In this document: piece by piece, positions 27,644 through 41,569 of the stretch
Layout: each line of letters opens with the position of its first letter
Numbering within the stretch: position 1 is the first letter of the stretch
Assembly (NCBI GenBank): GCA_050084515.1
Contig: CM114271.1
Span: 2,542,001-2,606,000 of the forward strand
Origin: Blasia pusilla
Taxonomy: Eukaryota
Reading direction: 5' to 3'
DNA length: 64,000 bases
The notes under the pieces: model-generated
Told to the model about the DNA's origin: nothing
What the model saw: only the letters and a program-made list of their open reading frames with translations
Database searches by the model: none
Program-made: the position numbers and the translations under genes

Positions 27644-27743
27644 CTTGAAAACCATTTGATTCTTATGAGAGGGATAACTTAAAGAATACATGTCTTGAAA
27701 ACCATTTGGTTCTTATGAGAGGGATACCTTAAGGAATTCATGC
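27644..27743. repeat. 2 x ~49-bp tandem duplication
   Basis: cttgaaaccatttg.ttcttatgagagggata.cttaa.gaat.catg occurs twice. Confidence 0.85.
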
Positions 27744-29806
27744 CATTCAAAGAGTTGTGCAGGTTTGAAAGAACAAATCATGTCCTTTCCTTTTGAACTA
27801 ATATAGATGGAAAAGACCTTTTAATTTTGAAGGCATATTGATAATTCCACATGTGTCACTTCATCTGCTAAAAAGTCAAGTTGTTACCTTTCCTTTAATA
27901 AATGGATGGGGGCACATTATGAAAATCATTCACTTCCATCGTTTATAATCTACATAATTTCTAATTATTCAACACAAGGTGCCCGTACCATGCACAAGAG
28001 TAAAATTTAACTTTGCAAATTTTAATTTTGAAGATTTAGCAAACATCTAAAACACATAAAATCTTAATCTATTAAATTTTTCCAATAAATTATCATTCTA
28101 TCTTGTGTAATAAAAAATATTTGATTTTATTTCATCAAAATTTCCTTTTATGAAACATTTTTCATGTTACCATTTTCTTCATTTGAATATGTTTCACTTC
28201 CAATCATAATACGCATTGAACTCCTCTATATTATTCTAGATAATATTAAACATAATTGGTTATGAGAAAACAATTTATGCGAATGAAAGTAAATTTGAAC
28301 CGTTTGTAAAGTTTCAACTTGCGACTTATTAGGTGTAACTGCGTTAAGAAATAATTTAAAAGTTATCATTCACTTCATCCGTCAAGCATCTACAAGATTT
28401 CCCATTGTTAAACATTTCATCAAGTTACTCTTACCACCAATTCTCTTCCTTCCATGCCCTATCCTCAGAATTTCTCTAGTGATGCCCACTTAAGAATGGC
28501 ACTTTTGGAGATATTTAAACTTTCTTTTCATTAGTACACAAGAAATGGCTTCACGATGCCAGGTATTGTTTTATAATCTGCAATGAAGAATTTTGAGGAA
28601 CAAAATTTCACTAGATATTCTTTGAAACAAAGAATACATATGGTTGAGGGTTAAAAGTTTTGAGGCACAGAATATCATTTAAAAATAGAAAGACCAGGGT
28701 GGTTTTGAGGAAGTCTGGAAAATTAATTAATTTCATAAAAATGTATAAATAGTTTTAGTACCCAGATCTCTTAAATAATATGTTTCCATTATCATTGGAG
28801 ACATCACATATCAATCAAATAAAAATACTTAAAAATTCAAGTAAGTTCTCTCTTTTTATTTTATTTCCATCACACACATGCTTCTATAGAAATAAAATTT
28901 GAGAAAATGAGTCAATTTAGGAGAGTGGGAAACGGTTATTAAATAATAGAAAGAGCCTTTAATTTTTGGGGAATGGTTTCAATTTATGATAACCAAACTC
29001 TTAAAAAATAAGAGAATTTTTGGGGAGTGACGAATGGATATTAAATGATAGAAGTTCCTAAATTTTTGTGTAATGATTTAAATTTCTTTCATTGGATGTG
29101 GATTGTAAATAAATAAAAAATTTGGGCATGAAGCATCCACTTTGAAGATAGCCAACTAGTTCCCAAGTAGAGTGTCTCAATGTTTAACCAATGCCTATCA
29201 AAGTATATGTTCAATTGTGGAAAGATGAGTATTTCAACTGTACTTCATCCAACCATGGCAATGATGGATTTGGTGCATGTGGATAAGGGATATACAAGAA
29301 TAGCAAATGGTAGGTCCGATGGTAGTGCAACTACTAGAGCTAGATGTAGAACTTGGTCCAAAGATGACACATAGTTAAGCTTGCAAGAATAAAAATAATT
29401 AGGCGGGACTAGTACAAAATTCCTACAAACATCGTATATAGTCCACCATGAACACAACAAAACTCTATAGGGTCATAAACATGTGCTAGTAAGAATTCCC
29501 GTGCGGTCCATCGACGTCACACGCGTCGAGAATTCTTGGGAGCCTCTAATATACGAGACAAAATTCACTTGCCTTTATGCAACTTTCAAATAAAATTTAT
29601 TGCATTGGATTATAAGCATATCATATCGTTAAGATTTTTCAAGTTCTAATGAAGTCAATCAAAATTCTTATGAGGAGGAAATTGGAAACTCTTGAGATTT
29701 GCTAGATCATTCGATTTCCTCATGCGGGGAGTGCTTTACAAAATTATGACAATATTGGTGCTAGAAGATTAGAAATTGAACTCTATGTGCACTATAGGGA
29801 TGGGAA

Positions 29807-30552
29807 CATGGTTGGAAAAAAATAGACAAGTCCGTCCCTATGATGGATAAGTTTGGACATGTCCACACACATGGATTGCAAAAGGTGAGGCCCACACTTA
29901 TAGTTTATGGTGGAAGACAAGACAAGGCAATTTGGGGGGACCGAGGTTGCAGAGTCTGTGTCCAAGGACATGCTTGTGTCCGTGGACGTACGTCCGTCCT
30001 ACATAAGGAATAGCATAAGGACTTGTCCATGTGGGCCCCATCTCCTGCTTCTTTCTCATCTATCCCACTTGGATTCATGATCTGCACTATCTCATTTCTT
30101 CCTCCTCCCACCTCCACTCTCTCCCCCCTTATTGCCCTACCCAACCTTGCCTTGCCTTCCACCATAAATTATAAGTGTGAGCCCCACCTTTTACAATCCA
30201 TGTACGTGAACATGTCCAAACTTGTCCGTCCATGTCTGTCTTAAGGACGGACTTATCTATTTTTTTGCAACCATGGGGTGGACGGAGTGGAGGTGGGACA
30301 AAAAGAAATGAAAAAAATGTGGATCACAAAGGCGAGTGGGGCGGACGAGATGGACAAGTGGGACGAGATGGACGAGAAAGAAATGGGGCCCATATGGACA
30401 AGTCCTTATACGGGACGGACGTAAGTCCACGGACACGTACTTTTTCCATATGCAACCTTGGTCCCTCCATATTGCCCTGCCCTGCCTTCCACCATAAACT
30501 ATAAATGTGGGCCCCACCTTTTGCAATCCATGTTCGTGGACATGTCCAAACT
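29807..30552. mobile_element. Nest of three hAT-type MITE copies: A (-) 29807-30460, B (+) 29942-30275 inside A, fragment C (+) 30461-30552
   Basis: TIRs and internal homology to 9075-9396; B flanked by ggggggac/gggtggac. Confidence 0.85.
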
Positions 30553-33537
30553 AGGACCCTATTACATGTATCGTAATAGCCCTATCACCTATATAGTCCT
30601 ATTACAATAGTCAAAATACACCACTGGCAACTGAGATCAGTTGGGTATTTCTTCTCATAAAATTTTGACTCCGCATTCAATGATCTTGATCTAGCAACAA
30701 TATAAGGCCTTGGAAAAACTTTGGAATCCCTGACTATTGGAAGTACTGGCATGCGCGATAGAAACTAAGGAGTAGAAGGATGCGATACTTTATCTCCCCT
30801 GCAATGTGGATCTTTTTCATGGGTTTAAATAACAAAATTTGTTTGGCTTCAGTACGTAGTTCTCAATTACATATTTGAGTTCCTACCAACAACATAAAGC
30901 CAAGACTCTTGGATGGCTGAATAGAGAGCGAGATGATCCTAAAGTGGAGGACTGAGCAAAGTAAAAGTGTCAAATCTAGCCTTCGACATTCCTCTCGGCT
31001 TACTCGTGCAGTTTTAAGCTCTTCCTTTTTGCCCTCGGACCCCAACTTCCCCTCCGCACACTTGTTCGCATACGGCTCCAACTTCCCCTCCATTCCAACT
31101 TTCGCTCCAACTTTCACCGAGAGTTCGTCGAACTTTCCCACAATTACATGAAGTTATTGTTGTAGCTATCCTTACAGTTATGCGGAAGAGGATCTCACAA
31201 GTTGGTAACTAGTACCACATGTGCACTTGTGTGAACGGAAGAAGCTCAAGTTTATGTGGATATAAATGGATGGGCACAATTAACATAAGGTGGTGTTAAT
31301 TTATTTCGCTGAAGAGTGCTTCACTTCTTATAGAAAGTGAGATTATTTATCCTTTTCCATATAGTAATCCCTCGTTTTTGGTTAATAGTATTGACAACCA
31401 TAGAGTGTTATTGTGTTTAGGTGTTGGAACTTCTTCTATAATTGGAATTATTGGACGATTCCCATTTGGTAACAACCAAAACTTCGACACTCATTCCCTC
31501 ATCCAAGATCATGCTCCCATCAAGCTTCCCAATTTTTTCATGATAAATGAAGTCAATTGATTGGATATCCCAAAGGCCCCACAAGAGGATTCCATAGTAG
31601 AAAAGCCCTACATTTGGAAAGCAAAAAAAGTCACTAAAATTTGTTACCGTTGAATGTTATGAGACAATATGAACTTGGCATCCGTAAGACATACTTGCAT
31701 TCGGATATACAAACTCTTGCCAAAACTAGCAAACTCTCATAATAGGAATGTACCTGAATTTTGCATGTTCATTGCTGAAAACTTGTATTTTGATCCCATT
31801 GAAGCAAGGTGTAATAGGGCAACTCAAACCCCGTCTCATGCATGAACTTTAACTTTTTCTTTTCAAGCAATTTAGAACAAAGATCCATCATCCATATCCA
31901 TATGTAATCCAAACGGGATAAAATCCATGCATGAGGCGGGATGCCCCCTTTCGCACCCTCCAAACTCAAAACCCGAAACCATAATTTCGGGTTTTGAGTT
32001 ATCCTATTAGGGCATCTCAATAAAGGGGCAAATGGAATAAGGCCCCTTCTCCATATAATCTACCACTTTGCTTTCCGGCCAAGCAATGAGAACATTATCA
32101 TCTTTCCCATGTTTTAAAAATATCATATTACTTTTATGAATAAATAAATCACACCCACATACGAAAACAGTTCTTTTTTAAAAGAAAAACTCCCCCTAAA
32201 AAAGAGCTCTCAGTACTTTAGAGTATTCAAAACTCTAAAGTATTATTACGGTAATACTGCAGCGTAAAGAGTAGTATTAACGGGAACGGTAATACTTAGC
32301 CGGCAAGTTCCTAAGGACGGCGAACGGCACCGACATTTGCGTCCCAAAGGACCCATAAACCGGATCCCTAAACTCGCGCACTGACACGCCCTATGAATCC
32401 GCTCCGCTTAAGTACGTGCCTCCCGTCCTCCACGTCGTTCATCGGACGGACTACATCTGCGGCACGACTAACCTCATAACCAACGCCAACTGCTCTCCGA
32501 CGCCGTCCTCCGTCCGTTCTGTTCACTCGAGTATTACCACATATACATCCATCCATCAATCAATCAATCAATTAGATATTTACACGGACCAAGAATAAAA
32601 TAATTTTTAATTATATATATTCATTTAAAAATTCTCTTTTAGCACTAAGCGAATGAATGACTGAACGAAACAGGTGATATCCAAAAGAATAGTAACGAGA
32701 AAGGGAAAAAACATTCTTTTTACTGCAATCTCTTGGGACGTGGATGAATTAAAAACTCCAACTTTATGTCTTACCTTATTTTCCTTTCAATAATCCCATC
32801 ATTTTCGATGCCTTATATTCCTTTTATTTTATTTTAATTACACTAAATCCATGGAATAGCGAGGGTGGTGACGGTGGTCGGTAGGGGGGAACTAAGTGCC
32901 GCCGGTCGTGCGGCTTTCTTTCGGAGGTGTTCTTGACCTCTTGCCAAATATATTACAGTGGATTAAAGATGGATGCACCAGACGACGACACTTGGCATTT
33001 CATGATTCGCGGTTCAGATCAAGCGGAGATCGTGAGGCTTGCAATTGATCGATTGACTAGGACCAGCATCGCCAGTTGACGTTGACTGCGATCTCCCAAA
33101 TATTACCGCCAATTCTGTGACGACGCGTGCTGGCTGCCCATACTGCGTCGTACTTAGCAGGCATAATCAGGATACGTATATTAATTCGAATCGCTGGAAT
33201 AAGGTATTACTATGGTATTAAATTATTTTATTTATTTATTCCCGTCATCCCAATCGTGCCTTCTTGCCAACTGTGAGCGTGTGAATATTTCTTTTCGCCG
33301 AAAATAGAATAGATACTTCCTATATTGCTCTTTATTTACTCCAAGTATTAGATTTTTTAATAATTGCTACTCTTTGAGAATAAATATTAACCTCCAAACT
33401 GAGTCTTAATTAGAATCGGTGTCTACTTCATGTTTTAACTCTTAATATGCCACCTAAAATCATATCTAGTGGATTTTGTTACCATTTGGATAATAGATCT
33501 TGATCTTCTTATTGGATTTCTTACCCTCAAATCCGAG

Positions 33538-33598
33538 GGGCCGAAATCGCTATGTTGGGAACTCTAAGGGCCGAACTTGCTATGTTAGGAACTCTAAG
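33538..33598. repeat. 2 x 30-bp tandem duplication
   Basis: gggccgaa.t.gctatgtt.ggaactctaa occurs twice. Confidence 0.85.
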
Positions 33599-34001
33599 AA
33601 ATCAATTCTAGTTGTCCATCGGGTGTGACCATGATTCTACACTTGTTGGGTTCTTAGTGGATAGAAGTCAGAATTTCTCTCTTCGAATATAGATAGTGTT
33701 TCTCTTCTTCAAATTTAATTTCTTTTATTATTCAAACTACTGTTGGTTCATTATATTTCTTTTTGGTAATAAGTTAGACTACCTTATGATGAATTACTTC
33801 TTTTTTTCAAATCTATAAATATGCCCATTGGATGTAGTAGGGTGCTTTTCATCATATTTTTCTTTGTTGATGAGTTATAACATCCCCTTTTATACATCTT
33901 GCCTTTTTTCTAGAACCAAACTAAAGCTTATATATGAACATTATTATTGGATATTAGAATCAATTGAATTATATTGTAATCTATACACATACCAAGATAT
34001 A

Positions 34002-34142
34002 TTCTTGATGGGACCCATGGGAAAATAATATCTTTTCCGGGGGTCCATAATCTAAAATAATACTAGAAAATTGATGAAATCTCCGTATTATTTTGGTCTA
34101 TTGGCCCTAGAAAGGATACATCCTTGTGGGTCTTATGAAGAA
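34002..34142. mobile_element. Degenerate fold-back (MITE-like) element
   Basis: ~65-bp imperfect arms: ttcttgatgggaccca...aaaataatac versus gtattatttt...tgggtcttatgaagaa. Confidence 0.55.
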
Positions 34143-34404
34143 AAAATAAATCTAGAAAAAAGGAATTAGTTGATGGTAATTCCTAAATATCCCATCTTAT
34201 TATCTTATCATGAGTGAGTTTAATAAAACCATTATTTTCTTCTTATCAACATCATATGGATATCTAATTCCTCTTTGACATAATTTTTGGACACAGCCAT
34301 TTGATATTGTCATGTTCCTAATCCAAGGAGAAAGATTTCAAATAATATAGCTATCCATAAACCTTTGAAAGGTTGGTATAACAAGAAATAATGGTGTTGA
34401 CTCA

Positions 34405-34583
34405 TCTATATAATTAAAAGAGGATGGGGTTTGAAGACCCCTTCCTCCGCTATTGACACGTATCATTTTTGGTTCTTTTGGTTCTGACATGTGTCATGTA
34501 AGCACCCAAAGTCTTAACGGGTGTAACGTAAGAAGTTAAGTGAAGATGTCTTTCACCCGTGCATAGTGCGGGCGGTATACTAG
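34405..34583 (+). mobile_element. Short non-autonomous Helitron (179 bp)
   Basis: A|TC 5' end, GC hairpin cccgtgcatagtgcggg just before CTAG|T, no TSD. Confidence 0.75.
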
Positions 34584-35632
34584 TGTATTCTATGAGCATG
34601 TAATACAAGCTTCATAGCTCTTTTATAAAACCCAACTAGATTGAGCTTTGGATGATGGCCTTGAAGAACTTTACGAACAAATATTATAGTGTTATGGATG
34701 TTGACCAAAATATCCTCTTCCATGCAAAATTCTGAAATTGCCTTCAAGTCATGAGAAATTTTTTTAAGGAATCCAAATAAGGTTATCGAAATTCCTTCCT
34801 CTAGTTTTTTGGACATCCCATCCCAACATGAATATTTAAGGACACGTATTCAATATGGATTTTCTGAACAAAAAATACAAAATATTTGGGTTTCTGGTTT
34901 TCATATGGGTAGTAAAATAGGTGCCATGTAAATGGTCCTATGTCCCAAAAAAAGGAAATTTTGTTTTTTTGGAAATTTTTGAAAAAAAATACCAAATATT
35001 TGGTTTATGCAAAACCTTGCCAATGATTATAATCTGTTTGCAACTATTTCTCCAAATATTTTGAACAAGATCTTATGAGTTTGATATAAAAATTATTCAT
35101 AAAGAACATGCAAAGTTTAGTTATTTAAGACTATACTATGTTTTAGTGTTTTTGGTGGTAAGATGATAAAACCAAAAATTAAAAGTAGGAAAATCTCCCT
35201 AGGTTAGGATTTAGAATACGAATAAATTCTAGCACTCAATACGGTGATACCTCTCTCATGCCTTGTCATATGTCATGAAATAAACAATATGACATACACA
35301 TTTGGTAACAATGAGGTTATTAGTTAGTCGGTAATATATTTTATGCTTGTGATTGCATATGCTAGGTTGTCGTCCAAAAACAGATTAAATGATTACAATT
35401 TCTGCAATAAAGAGCTTGGTTTTAGTTAGAATAGGAATAATATATATTGCTAGATTTTAAGAAGTAAGTAAGTTAGAGCATTCTAGAAAGGATTTCAAGG
35501 AAATCTTATAACAAATGAGTTTTCTTCCATTCTATCAAACTTTATTAAGAGTGCATACATAAACTAGGCCATCTTCTATATTTGGAATTTATTGTGTATT
35601 AAATAGTTTTTTTTTTAAGTTTTTCTTTCACT

Positions 35633-35935
35633 CATGGTTGCACAAAACGGACAAGTCCATTCGTAAGAAGGACAAGTTTTGACATATCCACGTACATGGA
35701 TTGCAAAAGGTGCGGCCCATATTTATAGTTCATGGTGGAAGGCCAGGCAAGGGTGATCGGTGAAATAAGGGGTAAGGAAGTGGAGGTGGGAGGAGGAGGA
35801 AGAAACGAAAAAGTGCAGATCATGAATGCAAGTTGGGGGATGATACAGAAGGGGCAGATGGGGCCCACATGGACAAGTCGTTTTATAAGCCGGACATAAA
35901 TCCACGGACATGGAATTTTTCCATATGAAATCGTG
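35633..35935 (-). mobile_element. hAT-type MITE copy
   Basis: catggttgca TIR; full-length homology to 9075-9396 in reverse; other TIR decayed and TSD not evident. Confidence 0.8.
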
Positions 35936-38699
35936 ACACTAATATTTTGTCTTATTTTGTAAGTTATTTGAGTATTGTGCAAATTGTAGTTAAATGGATG
36001 AATATTTGAATTTATGAGTAAACGGTAAAATTTTTGTGGCTTATATTCCACACTTGAGAGATAGGAGCGAGAATGTTTGCAAATTTTTGCTACATATGCA
36101 AGAAGGATTTTACGTGTTAGGGTGGCTTAGTAGAAAATCATATGTTCATGTTTGGAATGGGATTTTTATTTATTATTATTTTTCTTTCAGATATTTTTCA
36201 ACTATTAATTCAATCAATATTAGGATTGGTAATTCTACGAGTTCCTGATTGTTGTAGTTGAGTTAAAGAGTCATAAAATTGCTAGAAGACTAAATAGAAG
36301 AGTCTTTCAAGATAATTGAAATGGATTCTATTAAGATGCAAGTCAAATTCTTTCTTGGTTTAAGGACAAACATCACAATTTAAGAGCTTTCTTGAGAGAT
36401 TCATCTTTGAAGCAAACCAAAAATAAATTGAGTATCAAGAGGGATTATAATTGTCTACAGTAAAATTAGATTCTCCTTTGTAGGATTCACCTATATGTTG
36501 GGGTTGCTAGGCGTACAAATATCAATCTTAGCCTATTTTGGGCTATAGCTATTTTTGGGATATTTAAAATCTTAAGATGCCCAAACAAGCTACGATTAGT
36601 AATATTAAGTATATTAGGAAAACAAGATATGCATATACATGATCATTTAAACCTTTTCAAAGAACCGTATCAAAGAGTGAGTAGGTCTGGGCACTCGTAC
36701 GACAAAATATCGCTAATGTCCAAATCTTCACTATATATTTGAACCCACAAAAATTCACATAGAGTTAATCAAATGATAGAAAGATAGATCGTGAGATGAA
36801 TCATCGAATCTATTATGTCAAAAAGTCAATGAGTTGATTGTAGAAAATATAAGGGTCTTACATGGCTTTCACAGAGTATTGAAATATTGAACTTTAATTT
36901 ACATTAAATAAATACAAACCTTCTATTATAAGGCATCACTAGTGACCATTTCTCTAAGTGTATACTTCAATATCTTTTTATTGGTGCTATCTTGATTGGG
37001 AAGAAATTTCACATATGGTCACTTTGATTTTCAAATCACTTTAATCAAAGAGTAATATATTTGGTTTTCTATGGTTTCATATCATGAGATCCACATGATA
37101 TGAAAATGTTGAATGAAGCTTTTTTTAATGAAATATAATTTCTTTCCTATATTATGGATTGAAAGTAAAACATAGATCTTTATTGTATTTACTCTTTTAT
37201 TTGTATCCATTTCAAATTATATCTAAGAATGCATTGGCATTTTCGAAAGATCTTAATTTTTTTGTGGTAAATGAATCAATTTTATAAATATATTTTTATC
37301 TGAAAAATATTACAACATTAAAATTTTCAAGAGGCCCGTCATAATTTGTTATGAGGCTTAACTTATTTTATAATTTTTTCCATATTAATTAAGGAACCTA
37401 GATTCTTCTTTGACTAATAATGTAGAAAAAAATCTTGAATCTTGTATACCCACGTTCAACTCAATGACTCCTGTATTTACTTTCCATAAAAGATAACATG
37501 ATATCTTATATTTCCTCTTTGAAAGAATTTATTTTCTTACAATAAATTTTCATCTCCCTAAGAAAATATTAGCATAGATGGAAATTTTATAGTAATTTTC
37601 ATTGTGAAGATGATATTTAACTGAATGAATGGAAATTTTCATTTGGCATTGGTTTTGAAAAGGAGTGAGGGAAGTTTCTGAATTAGGAAAGTTTATGCGA
37701 ATCAGAAAATAATTAATTCTATTAAGAATTTTTTGAAATTTTTTTCCAAAGTTTCTAACTCTTCAAAAAAAAACAAAGGTTTAATTTAAAACCATATAGT
37801 CATAAATTACCCAATAGAACTTCTAAGTAATAGCCCTAAGATTTAACATAATATCTAAGTCTCGATACATAAAAATATTCATAATAGTGCTAAACATTGG
37901 ATAAATTTATTGTACGGATAGATAAAAGTAACATGGACATATAAGAGACTAGTGTAACTAGTGCAATGCATGGGTTTAAATTATCTCATATCATTAACTC
38001 CCAAAGTTCTCAAGTGTCATTTAAATTTAATTTCAAACAATCATATTTGTGGAAGATATGAATTGTAAAGAGGAGAAATGTTTACAAAATGAAAGGGCAC
38101 TCTCCAGTAATAATATAGATTAAGCAAGGAAACTCAAGAGGGAGTATATTTTTGATAATTTTATCCAAAGAAAAGTCACTCAATAATAATTTTGGTGCTA
38201 TTTTTCCTAATTCCTTTCAAGATTCAAGTATCTCATTATTAAGGCGGCTAGAATTATGCTAGATCATTACCTTTTCATTTTGATTACTTTGAGTGATATG
38301 ATTGAAATTTTGGATGCTTTATTTCATATGTATGACTATCATACATGCACAAAATTTACTCCTAAATAGAACACTTATTATTTGGAGATCTCACCAAGAA
38401 AAAAAATGAATTTTTTCAATTGCATCCAACTGTAATAAAGTGTTAATCCTACAGAAAACCATTTGTGAAGATAAGATCGAGATAATTTAGCCTTTTTTTT
38501 AAATGGTTGATAGGACAAGTTAGATTATGATAGGGAAGTGGGATTAAAAAAATATCCAATATAAAATTTTTCCATAATGAACTATCTAAAAGGAAACTTT
38601 CTTTTGAATTTTTTTTTCTTTCCTTTAAAGTAATTGATCTACTAGGAGATCCAAAGAACTTATAAGTCATAAATAATATAAGTAAGATATAAAAAAAAT

Positions 38700-40960
38700 T
38701 CTATTATATCTTTAGTCTTTTGCAAAGTCTATCCACTCCTAGGAATATGTGTCATAACACACTTCTACCCATTAAGGGAAGGATGACCAAGGTAGAAACA
38801 TTGATCCACTTGTCAAGGAAAAATAAAGGGTCATCACTCTCTTTATCGTCTCGCTGGTGGAATTGTCTGTCCATCCTCAACACACTACAATCATCCATGA
38901 TAATAGAAGGTGTTAATCCCCAAACGAATACTCGATATTATCAAACTCTTGATGTAATCACTTGGGAGATGCGGAATTCCGGCTCTAATACCTCCTCCAA
39001 CACTCCAAAATTAGGGAGCTCCCCTCCTGAAATATTTTTTTCTTGTCTAGATGCTTGTGACTCTTGCTCAAAAGTGCAACATACTCTTTTGTCTTGATTT
39101 TTTATGTCGCTTGTCCATTGCCTCAATTCAAAATTTTTGGCCATCCCATAGTAAAATCGTGAACAACCAAGAGTAAAAATTGAGGCTGATAATTTTCTTC
39201 TTGATATTGTTAAATAATATCAATTGTATAGGTTCCAAATTAGGGAAATTACGCTGGTGCTACTATAGAATGGTTGTACAAAAACGAACAAGTTCTTCTT
39301 TAGGACGGACATGGATGGACAAGTCTGGACATGTCCACAAACATCGGTTCCATTAGGTGGGACCCACACTTTTAGTCCATGATGAAAGGCACTGCAAGAA
39401 TGAGAGGAGCAATGAGTGAGGAGGGAGCTGAGGTGGAAGGAGGAAGAAATGGGGGAATATGGACCACGAAGGCAAGTAAGGGGAATGAGAAAGAAGGGAA
39501 AGGTAAGGCCCATACGGACAAGTCCTTCCATAGGACGGACATGGACTTTATCCACATGCAACTTGTACTATAGTTGGACATGCATTTCTCTGTGTCTCAT
39601 ATTGACCTAACTATTCTATCATGCATTAAATTTTCATGAGAATAAAAGTATATGCTTGGGAGCAACATATCCGAGTCAAATAACTCCTTGTACATACCCT
39701 ATATGCTCTCTCGTCGTCACCATTATGATCATCCACCATACTAGTGCCCTTGCCACTTGTGCGGCAATGTGAAGATGACCTAAGAACTCAGATATGTAGA
39801 CCATGGCCTCGCCTAGCATATAGCCCTCTACCATACTTCCCTCCACTTTAGGTTGGTGCTTATCAAGCCCTTCAGTCAAGGCATGTAATGTTCCACAAAA
39901 AACATCCACCTTCAATGTAAGGTTTGATTGTATCAACTTCTTTTACCAAATGGGTGATGTAATGAATTTTTCCAAGTCATAAATAAAGGTGGAAAGACTC
40001 TCTCCATGCGTCTATCAACCACAATGTCCTCCACTTTCATATGGACGCAATCCTCAACGTATATCTCCTTCCTACAAACCAATCTACCAATGATTGCCCA
40101 AAGGAATTTAAGAAAAGTATCTTAATTACTTTCCTACAATTGCATTAACATATAGGGCCCTCCTTTCTAACCTAGCCATTATGGGATAAAGGATTTCCTC
40201 AAATAAGCCGATAACCCGTATATGGTTGGCCTAATATCAACCAAATTGAATCAATGCCAACCCATGCATTGATATAGGTAGCAAGTCATGCATAACTCAA
40301 TGGAGGTTGGGGGATTCAATCTCTTACCCAAATTGCTTACATCATCACTTGGAAATGTCAATTGCAAATATGCACCATATCTCGGATGGGCAAGTTATTT
40401 GCATAAAATACATTGCTTCACTCTACTTGATCAAAATCCATGGTGCATGTGACCTACACATCCTCCCATCCTCCTCTTCAACCAACCATATCTTAGGATG
40501 CACATTCTCCTCTTTGCACGCTTACTTGTGAGAGTCCTTATATTCAGGCCAAATAATAGTCCATCAACAAGCGCATCATATTACCCTTAATGTCAATTAG
40601 ATCCTACGAGTGTTGCATTAACTTGCCCTACATGCTCGTAAGACAATTCACAAGTTTGTGTCAAAAGGTACATCAAAAAGTACACACTCATAGATAAGTT
40701 GTCATATGCATCAAGATTTCCTAATATCCAAGTGATGGTTATTACTCACACTCCAATAAGGCAATTGGTTGAGGCACAACTCTCATTTGATTCTAGATCC
40801 GCCCTAAGGTATTTTACTCCTACGTACATGATCTTCTTCCACCAACCAATCCACATACGTCAAGGTGAAAAAATCTTCCAAAATTGGCTCGAGATACATG
40901 TCTATATGAGAAGCCATCTTTGGTTTTTTAACATGTATAATGCATTAACCATATATTAGT
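38700..40960 (-). mobile_element. Decayed CACTA/En-Spm transposase relic, interrupted by a MITE
   Basis: VEGSMVEGYMLGEAMVYISEFL resembles the PEGSIAEGY motif; FGVLEEVLEPEF resembles YYGxLxEIxEL; many stops; boundaries approximate. Confidence 0.65.
39269..39565 (-). mobile_element. hAT-type MITE copy with perfect 8-bp TSD
   Basis: aatggttgta...tgcaacttg flanked by tactatag at 39261-39268 and 39566-39573. Confidence 0.92.
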
Positions 40961-41479
40961 GGAGTGGTTAGTGGTTACTTAAGAAAATATATCATATAGA
41001 AATCAATGTGAGGTACAAAATGGTAAGACGGTAGAACCAATCCCTAAAATGATCAACCTCATAATAATAAATCCCCTCTTTAGGCCTAGCAAGCCAAGGT
41101 GGATTGTTATAGTTTTTTTGGGAAAAAAAATCTTAAAAATAGACATTCTAATTTTTGGAAATGAAAAATAAATTACATCTCCGTGCAAATCTAAGTAATT
41201 TGTGACTTCCTACATCCACACTTTACAATTCTTTGGTTAGTTATTTACAACTATCTTGCTACTCCCTTGGAAGTCTAGTGCAAGTATAATAAAACATAAC
41301 TTTGGAGCCTCATTGGAGTTAAAGCGCAAGTCCTGATCTCTATTGTGCGATTTTGTTGCAAGTAAGAAAATAAAAAATGTACGAGTTAAATGTAACTCTA
41401 GTACAGCTACTCATACTCATAAAGCGGCTCTAAATGTAGTAGTAATTTGTTACTTTCTTTGCAGAATATTAAGCTCGAC

Positions 41480-41483
<4 letters not shown>

Positions 41484-41567
<84 letters not shown>
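41484..41567. repeat. (AG)42 microsatellite
   Basis: Uninterrupted AG run. Confidence 0.99.

Positions 41568-41569
<2 letters not shown>

Noticed and set aside
30860..31150. Possible solo LTR
   Set aside because: Could not define both TG/CA ends with a TSD.
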